From Raillietiella orientalis (Eukaryota), in assembly GCA_036172245.1 (NCBI GenBank), contig JAYWIR010000009.1, forward strand, positions 310,001-374,000: a DNA stretch of 64,000 nt, given 5' to 3'. The notes under the pieces are model-generated. The model had not been told where the DNA came from, did not search any database, and saw only the letters and a program-made list of their open reading frames with translations. Below, piece by piece: positions 53,493 to 64,000 of the stretch; position 1 is the first letter of the stretch; every line of letters starts with the position of its first letter. The position numbers were made by a program, and so were the translations under genes.

Positions 53493-56399
53493 TTACTGAG
53501 TAAGGTCATCCGGGACAGTTGCGGTGCGCATGCCCATGCATTCTAAGAGCAGCTGACGGCGTGCCCCAAAGGCAGGCGACACGTGTCCAGCTTGCGTCTC
53601 TCCATGCCGCGCGTCGCGGTTCCTAAACAGCCTGGTCAGGAGTAAGCGTAAGGTCAGCTCCACCTAGTAGAAGGAGCCTCCCCCTCACACGTTGGCAGCA
53701 GCAGTTTGCGGCCTGCAAAAGGACCAAACTAGGACCAAGCCCCGCATCGCCAGCAGAAGGCGCAGGCAAGAGGAGGGTAGGGCGGAAGCAACCGCACCGG
53801 CGTCTGGCGACTTTCGTTTCGCGCCGGCCGCGTCCGCTCCGTCCGCGGAGTTGGCGCCACCGAGCGGCCCCTCGAGAGACCCCACTGGCGGTCTCGAGGG
53901 CGCTAGGGACGCCACTGTCGCGCTACGGTGCTCCCTGGCCCCTGCCGCGAAGCGTCTGTGCTGACGCTCCTCTTGAGGACCGCATAATCCTCCGCCTGAC
54001 ACAGCCCGAAGGGGAGGCGACCCTGGTTGGCGCGGGACTCGCACGCGCCACTGCCCAGAGGCGCCGTCGTCGCAACACCGGGTGGTGCAACCGACGTCAC
54101 CTCTTCGCCCAGAACGCCTAAGCAATCCCCCTCCGCGTTTGCTAGGCTCTCGCGATTCGTTGCGAGGTGGAGCGACGGCAGCAGATCTGACCAGCCCTGC
54201 TTCTCGTATGCCATGGCGACGAGGATGCACCTATGGTTCCACCTAGCGGGTGAACTCAAGAGGGATGTCCAGTCAGTAAGGTGCGTCCTGCAGCGAAGTC
54301 CCTACATCGCTATCTCGCAGATTGTCCTTGCGGATGTTGACTTTGTCCCGCCCCCCTTTAGCCGAACTGCCTTCCGGCTGCCGGTGACCTCGTTTCGCGT
54401 TCCTCTAGTCGCGCTGTGTCGCCCGAGACTTCCATGCACTGCAGCTCCATTTGGTCTCCTTTCTTACGTCATGGTTCCGGTGCTCAACCGTCCAGTTCGC
54501 CAGAGACCCCCTCTGTCTGATTACGAGGAGGCAGATGTTAATTGGAAAGCCACGCTCCTGTTTTCCGTTCGCTCGCCTGTTTCCAGAAGAGCTACAAATA
54601 AACAACCCAGCAAACCCGGGTGGCAATGGCTACGAAAAACAGGGACGCATCTGCGTCCCATGTTTTTCTTTTTTTTTCTGTGTGGCTCGATAATGCTGAC
54701 AGTCCAACCAATCCTCTTACCTGATATCCTTTCCTGTGCCTAGACCGTTAGAAATGTGAACTGTACATTTAATCCTTTTCCCTTCCCGCAGATTCTTGTC
54801 TCAGTAATTTATAGCCAAATGGCGATTTGGGAAACTGAAAAATCAATCAAGACATCGTCTCTTCTGTATACGTGAACCATCAAAGAACGCTCATTTAATA
54901 CCCAGTGCCTTAGATGCAATCCTCAGTCCCTCCATTCCGAACGAACAGGAATGTTCAAATTCTCCCGAGCAGCGCAGATCGGTTCCCTACCAAACGGCTG
55001 GCTCATGCCCCGGCGTGACCGGGTGGCAACAAACGGCTGGCTCGATAGTCGTATGATACCACGGCCAACCACCACCATACCTCATGAGGAAACGTCGCAG
55101 AAATGTGATAAGTTCCGAACAGAGGTCAAACGAAGCTCCCACCATGACGTGCTACCCCCTCACAGCCAACACTTCCGCCATTACAAGGTCCCATGCGCCA
55201 CCCCTTCGAGTCCCTTTATTCAGTTCCCGTCTCCAACCTTTTTTTTCTTCCTTCACTTCGAGGAGTTAACTCTTTGGGGACATGCTTGTTTATAGAATGC
55301 CAATCAGTCAGGGTCAGGTGCGCCAATGAAAATGGCCAGATAGACGAATCCCACTCATAGAGAAATTAAATCAACAGTCGTACGGAAAAAGCAAACAAAG
55401 GGGACGGCGAACGGTGCTTCTATCTTCCATCGTCACTATGGAAACGGCGAGCAGCATGCTCCCGATCGAACTCCTGGGTGCGCGTGCGTTCGAAAGAGCA
55501 GTTTCTTCCATCGATCGCGTCCCTAAACCCCTCCGCTGAACTTCAGCTCGGGTAAAGATGAGAGAAAAAAGGAAAAAAAAATGAAACAAAAAGGGGCACA
55601 AAAAGAACAAAAGAAAACACGCACAGCAGCAAAAACTTTCCTCTCACTGCCAAGTGAAGCATAGAGCGGGAGTCGCTTACTATGCCGGAAGATGCGCTTC
55701 TGCAGCTGAAACGACCCGGGAGGGCTCCCTCCATCCCTTTTCATCCTGTTTGGAAACGTCACTTTTGGGGAGCTGCCTGCAGACTGTGACGCGGGTGACA
55801 GTGATCACGAAGCCGTTTGCATGCAGATTGCAGACTCCAGTGGAAACAAGGGGAGGCGGAGGAAGAGAAAAGGGGGAGCCCAAGTTCCCTTCTTGTAGGC
55901 TGATAGAGCTCCAAGCACCCCTACTCTGTCGGAACTTCCCAATTTATCGGCGTGTGTTGGCATCCCTGGTGATTTATTAAGCGGAATCGGTTGATATCTG
56001 CAGCAGTCACGAAAACATAAAAAAACCAACCCTAAAGAAATAACAGGTTCGGGAGAGGACAGGAAATCCAGGAATTCACCCTGATTTTTCGCGCACGGGA
56101 AAAGCTTGTACGAGGAAGGTTGCGGGTAGCGTCCGCCCGTACACCCCGCGCATCCTGCGGACGTGCGTGAGAGTCGACTCATCTGCAGGCCGTCGACGGG
56201 AGCTGCCAAAGGAACTCTGGAGAATGCACTGCACACTTACGGGCATTCCATTGCCGCTGGCGTCCGTGCTTCGTCGTGAAGGGGACGAGAACCGCGGGGA
56301 CTGAGCGGAGCTGCCACTCGACTGGCGGGCGACCCTAGATGCAGGTCTTCTGGACCGGAGCGCCACGGGGGTGTCAAGATCGTCTTTTGCACTGACTGA

Positions 56400-57600
56400 T
56401 GCCTCTCCACTGCTGTGTGGAGCTTCCTTCTCGAAAACGAAAACGAGGAGAGACCTGGAGGGTTCGGATGACTACCTTCCAGCTTGCTGAACTGCGACTC
56501 CTCCCAGTGACTACCCTGCGGCAGCACGCTGTCAGTAGGCCAAACCAGGAGCATTGGCAACTCCCCGGAGTAACTGAGTCAGGGTCTGGCGGAAGTTCGA
56601 TCGTCCAGCTACCATAGCTCTGGGGTTCGTTTCGGTAAAGATGGCTCTTCAGATCAGCTCTTCCTCCTTTCTATACGCTTTCCGCAGCCTCGGGCTGCTG
56701 AGCAACCAGGAGGGACAGTGCCAGCCGTCTGCGACCACGCTCGGAAAAGACAGAGGATGCGCTCGCATCTGGCTCCAGAGCCTCGCCGTGGGCTGCACAG
56801 TCCAGATGCCGCCTCTCCAGACTGGCGCCCTCCCAGGAAGCTTGGAACAAACCTCCCAGGGGAACCCTTTGAACAGGACGAAGCTGCGAAAGGGAAAGTC
56901 TTCTGGAATGAGATCGCACGTCTTTGGAGAAAGGCAAGCAAAAGGTGACACCGCAATTCCACTCTTTGGCTCGTTCTTCCGGATGAATTTATGACTTCAT
57001 TGGCTCAAGGCATCCGATGCATGGAAGCTGGAGGAATTTCATGCATGTGTTTCGATTACATTTCTTCTTAGACATCAAGGAAGATGAGCAAGTGAGTGAA
57101 AGGGGGGTTCCCCGGCGTAGGGATGAAGGGAACAAACAGCGTGAGGCCTTCAACACTTCAAACTTTGTCACGATGGCTGCAGTCTTTCAGTGTGGGCCGC
57201 GTGAGCCATCCGATGTCTGCGGTGCATACCCTGAGGGTTTTCTCCATGCAGCTCACGAGAGATATACGGAGGCTGTCCGGTGTGCGTTGTACAGATTGCA
57301 GGCAGGTGGGCTGTCTGCAGTGCTGGAGGCTTTCTCGCATAGTTCATTCATTGCCATCTTACATAATGCTGCAGGGCTAGAGGACCGCTGATGTTGGGTC
57401 AGATGACTCATGCGGGACAGCTGGAGGTGCCTGCAGACCATGTTCTTCCTGAGCTGGCCGGCTCACCTGTGCGGAATCTTTGCTTCCTTCAGGCAGTTTC
57501 GTCGAGTATGGTGACTCGACTTCGCTTTGGGATGACCAGCTCCGTTCCGGGGCCCCTTCTGCAAATAGGTCGGGTGAAGGAACTTCAGCTGGCCCACCAT
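56400..57600 (+). mobile_element. Possible decayed LINE RT-region remnant
   Basis: KRGDLEGSDDYLP/SLLNCDS (frameshifted) resembles KKGD....NYRPISLLNCDYK. The downstream extent is uncertain. Confidence 0.35.
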
Positions 57601-58005
57601 GGGTGCAAAGAAGAGTTGGATGAAGACCCACCGAACAAACAAAATCCCGGATGTAGAAATCTCGAGCCATCGTGCAACATAAGTGTATATATTTATTATA
57701 TACGTTAATATATAGGTTCATATACATTATAATGATATGCGCTTATTATGAATACTTATATATAGATTCATACATAATGTTTTAACACATATTTATTAAC
57801 ATAATTAATAATATGCATTAATATATATTATCAATATATAATACCATAAAAATAAATATACACTTTAATTATATATATTTATATATCTAATAAATATATA
57901 TTAAATGAATATACCAATATCGAATTATAACATATCGAAATTCCGAAAACACAACTTGTGATTTACTAAGAAGTGTCATTCATGAAGTGACAGGAAAACA
58001 CCAAA

Positions 58006-58615
58006 ATTTCTTTTTTGTTTTTTTAATTTGTTTGGTGTTTTATTTTTTCCACTATTTTTGATTTTGAACATTGTTTTTTATTTTTTATAATTCGATACTT
58101 ACATATTTATTCTGTTATATATATATATATATGTGTATGTGTGTGTGTACTCAATTATAGATATATATATATACAATTATATATATATATACAATTATAT
58201 ATATATACACAATTATATATATATACAATTATATATATATATACAATTATATATATATACACAATTATATATATATACAATTATATATATATATACAATT
58301 ATATTTATATACAATTATATATATATATACAATTATATTTATATACAATTATATATATATATACAATTATATTTATATACAATTATATATATATATACAC
58401 AATTATATATATATATTCAATTATATCTACCTACTCATGTATATGTGTGTATATAATTATATTTATCTACATATATGTATTCAATTATATATATGTGTAT
58501 ATATTGGATGAATGCACAAATATCGAATTATGGAAAATAAAAAACAATGTTCAAAATAGAAAAAAGTGGAAAAAATAAATAAAAAACTAACCAAATTGAA
58601 AAACAAAAAAGAAAT
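58006..58615. repeat. Imperfect inverted repeats of about 95 bp (58006-58100 and 58518-58615) framing the minisatellite; foldback- or MITE-like
   Basis: The reverse complement of the left arm (TATCGAATTATAAAAAATAAAAAACAATGTTCAAAAT..AGTGGAAAAAATAAA..AAACAAAAAAAGAAAT) matches the right arm. Confidence 0.8.
58118..58500. repeat. AT-rich minisatellite, unit about (AT)n-ACAATT, roughly 18-22 nt
   Basis: More than a dozen tandem copies of atatatatatacaatt with a variable AT number, inside an AT-rich island of about 57684-58770. Confidence 0.92.
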
Positions 58616-58779
58616 GCATTTCATTTTCCTATTATTTCCAACACTCAATAAATGAAAATATACATACATATGTATATGTGCGTATACGTGTATATGTGTA
58701 GGTATCATGTAAATGTACACAGGTATTTTTACATATTTAGTTTTTATAATCTTAAATATATGTATAAATTGTTGGCATT

Positions 58780-61700
58780 CCGTAGCCGAACGTCCAGATG
58801 GCTTCAAATAGCCGCAGGCTTGACTTCCTCTTGCACGCAGACTCCCCCTGCTGTTGTTGCTGGGTGGGGTGCACCTATCGATTGAGGCATCTGAAAAGAG
58901 TCTTCCGGGAATGCCATCCGTTGAAGCCTTCAAGATTGTCTTTCGCACTCGAAAGAGGGACCCCTGGGAAAGGCTTGAGCTGACGGGTTCGGTGAGGTCA
59001 CCCCCAGCTCCAAGCAGCTTGGAAGCAGCTGTCCACTCTGCATTCATCTCCTTCCTCCGGCAGGTGTTTCACCCAGCAAAGCCAGAGCGTTCCTTTCAAG
59101 GAAATGAACATCCAAGAAGGAATCGATGGGGTTCTTGCGAAGAGTATACAGGAACAACATGTTCGTGTGGAAGATATGCAGAATGCCGGGGAACATTGTC
59201 CACAACCTCCGCAGTCTCCGCAATCATGCGACTGTAAGCGTGGATGCTTAGGATCGTCCATCCTTGAAGGGTGCTCACCTTCGAGCACTCATCCGATGGT
59301 TTCGTACATTTCCAGGGAGCTCTGCACATCGCTGCATGCCACATCTTTCCGAGGCTTTCGGATTGCCTTTTCATTTCAGTTCCTTCATCACCTCGTCGTT
59401 GCCTGGATACCAAGATCCGAGGGCTGCTACAGCGCCCTCCGCTACGTTTCATGCTTTAGATTGGCTGTCCTCTTCAGGTGACCCTCCGCACTATACTGCT
59501 AGCAAACAAAAATGCCAAGAACTTCAAGGTGCAAGAATTGGTTTCATCTGGTTACCGTCATAAGGACTCACTGACGGTAACCAAGCTTGCAATTCCAATA
59601 ACGAGCAGTTTCAGGGAATTGAGCAAGTGCCGGCAGGCAAAAGAGGGTTTCCAAGGACGTGACCCATCACTATCGATAATATTACGTTAACAATAAAATA
59701 CCCATCAAAATGTTCCATGTCCTGAACGTGGTTAGGGTAAGTCCTAGGCCATGCCAACCTGCATGAACAGCACTATACAGATCACAAAGCAGGCAGGCAG
59801 GAGCAGATGTACTCTAAAAGACGGACTGTGTGCTTAGGTCAAACAAGTGTTTGACCGAATTCCGAATCGTGTCTCACGAACTTCAAGCAAACAACCACGA
59901 GACCACGAACAACCCCACTTTGGGTGAGCTCTTGGAGTTCCCCATTGCATCGCCTTATTCGTTATCATAGGAAGATGCAGACAGTAATGACATCTCGCAT
60001 CCGAAGCAGCCGAAGCTGGAGACAATCTGCAAAGTTCTCCAGCCAGCGTGCTTAGAAGGAGCAACAGCGTCAACTCATGAAGATACACAGCACTATACGA
60101 ACAAGCAAAAGCCTCCTTGTCCTCAAAGAGACCTTAAACGCAGGCTATGAAGATCGTAGAGTCAACCATCAACAGGAGTCCGCCATGGTGGAAGCAGCAA
60201 ACTGGAAGGAACATCTCACACGAACGCACCACGTTCTATGGTGCCCACAATAACTATTCATTCGAACTTCCTTCGAGTGGCAACTTCACAGATTCTTTAA
60301 GGACACCTGCTCGGGAAGTCGAACAGGGCATCAGCTGTAGAGATAATCAGAAGAAGGCAGACGGCAGGAAAGCGCAATGGTTGGTAGGCACACCATTAGA
60401 AGGCAGGCGAAGTGACGTCCATGACCACAAATCCTTCCGAAAAATCAGCATCCTTCTGCAATAACCAGGATGCAGAAACACGTAGCACGCGCTGATCAAG
60501 AAAAACACACTGTGTTCGCCTTGATCAGCACTGTGCTAGCCAGCTGCACAGAAAAAAGGCTAGAGACGTCTAAGGTTGCAGTCCGTGGAATTCCCTCGAG
60601 GAAGCATCGCGTCCATTCCAACGTGTGCAAGTTACTTCTTGACTGAGGGACTAAGCCAGAGGCAAGCTTGACATGGTTGAAGTGGAGTCCAGTCGGAAAG
60701 AGTCTCCAATGTTCTCGAAGGAGAATAAATAAGGTATTTTTTTACCTCAAGAAGAAGACTTAATCTCCCTTGCAGTGTCATTTGGCAACTGATGAATGGC
60801 GGCAGTCTTATCCCAACGCCTTCTGGACGTAGGATCCTGAGGAAAGAAGACGCTGAGTTTGCCGGGAAAGAGAAGTTGGTGACACGTGTCTTACAGCGCA
60901 ACAACAACTGCTGCAGAGGAACACCTGCTATGAAGGCTTTCCAGAAGGCTGGTTAGTTGAGCCGCGTCTTTTGCAGCCTGCGTGCAAGGCAGCTGGAGTT
61001 GTCTTCCGCTCCTTTCTGCCACCCTACTCATCGCGGAGGTGACGAAGGACATGGCTTTGCATTCCTGCCGGCGGGCTCCCCTGCGCCTATGATGCCATCC
61101 TTTCAGAAGGCAAAGCCTCATGATCGACCAGGTCGACAGCAGGGAACGACACGGGTGGAGCAACGCCTCGTGTCAATCCTCATGTCGCCGCCGGACTGTC
61201 TCCAGGCTTTGCCGACTGCTGCAGAGGGAAGCACAGTCAGTAAGCAGTTGAGGTAACGGTTTTACTCACCCGCAAGTGGCACAACCTGGCTCATTCGTAT
61301 GAGTCAACATTCGCTGCAGCGGGAAGCTGAGTGCGAGAAGAGCTACATCTCCTGACGCCTCCAGAGAATAAGTGGTCGAAAGCTCTAAAACCTGAAGAAG
61401 CAGTTCTTATGGTGGACACTGGAGAGTTGCAGCGTCAGTCCTCCGACAAACCGTCCAACCAGTCCAACTCCAGAGATAAAGAAAAGAAGTGCCAATTGAA
61501 ATTTCTACCTGATCAAGAGGAAGGCTCTTTGGATGGGTGGTGTTAGCAGATCACTTCTTTGGACCAGGCCAGATCTCTTCCTGATACTCTTCTCAGTTAC
61601 CAGAAGGAATGAAGAAGGTCAGACGAGGATTACCATGCAAATCACCTACATGTCCATCTCCATTCATTATGGTCCATAAGGCAGCACGATGCCGAATGGT

Positions 61701-62950
61701 GCACTTCCGGAAGATAAGCTATCTGCCTCATCGGAAAGTCAAGGTCTTCACCTGTCGTGGCTCACCACGGCTAGGGTTCCAAGGAATGTGCGTACGCTAT
61801 GACATTGCAGTAATCTCCCGCATATGGGCCCAAAGGGACCCAAAAGGCATGACTCCCCCTAGCCGGGAACTCGGATTACGCACTCGTTTTCCTCCTGACG
61901 AAGCCAGATGCGAGCATCGTTTAGCACGGTGGCCCTCATGGCTGGCTTGTAGCACATTCACTGATGTATCTTCTCTCTCTCCTCATGAGGAAATTCCTGC
62001 AAGAAGGACCCGCCTGGACCTTTTAACAAAACCTCAGGAGAAACTGAGGTTGGTGTAACCCACCGCACCTAATTGCGTTGCTTTTGGAGGATCACCAGTA
62101 GATATTCCGCCTCCCATTTAATGGAAACGCATGACGGCAAAAGTTCCCAGGAAACTTGAAAAATCCTATCTTTTCCTACCAGCTAGTTAGGAGGAATGCT
62201 CTCTCGAAGAGATAATCAACAACTCTCACCAGCTTTGCAGAACGTAGTGAGAGACCTTCCAGGACTCCACGAGTCCTTTATTGCGTCGAGAGAAGAGGGA
62301 GAGGTGAGTTAGGTCATTGGTGATCTGCCGGCTAACCAGGGCTGGAAGGCGCAGCGAGTTCATAGTGGGCGTCTCGGTCAGCGGTCAGAAGTCCCCAATA
62401 ATGACATTTGGTTCGTCTCTGCATGCAGACTGTTCCTCCTTGGAAGTCGTCGACGCAATGCTGCAGGCCTTGAGCATTTCTGGTCCCTTAAATCGCATCC
62501 CAACCTCCTCCCCAGTCGAGGTGCAGTCGCTTGTTGACGGAGCCTAACAACGAGAAGCAGAACTTGGCCGAAAGAGTCACGAAGGCAGAGAAGGCACTTT
62601 GATAGCTTGCCATTTCAGAAGAGAAGAGGAATCAGCCTATTGAGGGAAACTCACCGTTTCCGAGATCCGGCGAGGGATCACTCAGGACGCGACGCTCCCG
62701 ATACTGCGTCTCTAGGACGAAGAAGAGTTTCTTTCTCGCTCAGAGAGGAAGACGCTCTCTTGTATCAGACTGTGCAGGATACCAAGCTCACCGCAAAATG
62801 TAGACGGATTCCGAGATGAATCAGAAAGCGGCGCCAAAAATCTCCTCAAGGCTGCAGATCGGCTTTTCTGGCAACTCGCGCAAAAGCATTCAAATCTTGG
62901 ACTCCCGCTTGCAACCTCCCCAGCTGCCAGCACACAGCCATCACCGTGGT
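58780..62950 (-). mobile_element. Old, near full-length LINE ORF2 fossil (APE endonuclease plus RT); possible ORF1 remains continue toward 64000
   Basis: In the expected order on the minus strand: LIQES (~62760), NVIIGDF (~62400), KDRIF (~62165), RPEGVG (~60820), LIYSP..LSDWTPL (~60700), DADFSEGF (~60440), IERGAF..PSSLLL (~60230), VYLHELTLLL (~60080). Many stops. Confidence 0.55.
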
Positions 62951-64000
62951 GACTCACCTGAAACCAGAAATGCAAGCAATCTCAGCGCATCATGGCATCG
63001 AGCAACTCGCTCACATGAGCTTCCGAATGGACCGCTCTGTAACAACTGCACGAGCATCCCAGGGGCACTCCAACTGCCCGAAGCCTGCACTGCAGCCACT
63101 CCATATTTTCGGAAACGCCGATCACTTCTTCGCGGAGGAATGGAGAGAAGAAATGGAAGAGGGTGTGGTCCCCATTCCTTGGAGCCGCTCGGACCGCCGT
63201 GATCTCCATGCGGAACGATTTTACCACGGTCGCCCATTGAAAATGAGCAAGCAGATTAAGAGTCCAGTCCCCAAGGAAGGGAAACCGAGACAAGTCCGTG
63301 GGGAGGAATCGCCGACACGCAAATCGGTCACTGACCAAGTCTTCAGCGGGAGCCAGTGGGCAAGGAACCGACGAAAAGGGGGAAGGAGCGTGGAACGGCC
63401 CTTTCGTCCTCCTCGGAGCCGGCGCAGGGAAAGGACGAGCGCCCTCACGACTTCTTCAGCCAAATGCGGCCACCTCTCCCCCACCCCCATGTAGGTGAGC
63501 GACCTTTCGTCGCCGCGACCGACACTCCAGCCAACGGAGAGCAGTCGGAGTGGGACGAAACGCCGCCGGCACGCAGACTTCGTGGGAAGGTCCTTCGCTC
63601 AAGAAGAATCGGCAGTGTCCTGCATCTGGCCTGCGACACAGTCCAGCCGCAGGTGCGGGAACCTTTCCATAGCCACCTTGCACCTTCAACAAGGCTTCGG
63701 GGACGCGATCCACTGGGAAGGGAATGCCGGGCGCTGCTCGCACCGGAGGCGCGGCTACACGGTCCCAGTAGACCTAACGCCACCTCAGGGCGGATGCGGT
63801 CAGACCAGCTCCAAGCCAGCGGTCGGTGCGCTCGCTCTCTCCCCCCGTCCCTGTCCGGTGCGCACCTTCAGGGATCATCCTCATCGCCTCCATCCCGGTC
63901 TGCATCTCGGCCGGGACGCTTCTCTCGATGCTGAACTCTCGTCCACTTCCAAGAATTGGTCCGGACACGTGGAGATCACGCCAGCGCCCTCTCAATGCAA

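Noticed and set aside
58133..58578. Ile/Tyr-rich ORFs and a CRISPR-like periodic array
   Set aside because: These are translations of an AT minisatellite. There are no unique spacers and no cas genes, and the context is eukaryotic.

Overview
Eukaryotic genomic DNA, most likely arthropod, judging by the arginine kinase and the gene structures. It contains five intact spliced protein-coding genes, all on the + strand: arginine kinase (1942-3199), cathepsin L-like cysteine protease (10782-12928), SHQ1 (15509-22547), RCC1L/WBSCR16 (22689-24384, only 141 nt after the SHQ1 stop) and mitochondrial ribosomal protein S5 (30088-31754). Many introns are very short (36-56 nt). The window alternates sharply between GC/CpG-rich blocks and AT-rich, CpG-poor blocks that hold the housekeeping genes. 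The right half (33-64 kb) is mostly decayed retroelements: L1/Tx1-like and RTE-like LINE remnants, most copies of a ~0.7-0.8 kb tRNA-headed SINE-like family (five copies in the window, rich in CUUCGG hairpins, with a decayed hammerhead-like segment), a RhoU/V-like processed pseudogene apparently made from an exon-skipped mRNA, a near-perfect 947-bp inverted duplication and an AT-rich minisatellite framed by inverted repeats. All gene models and homologies were read by eye from motifs; no database search or folding program was run.
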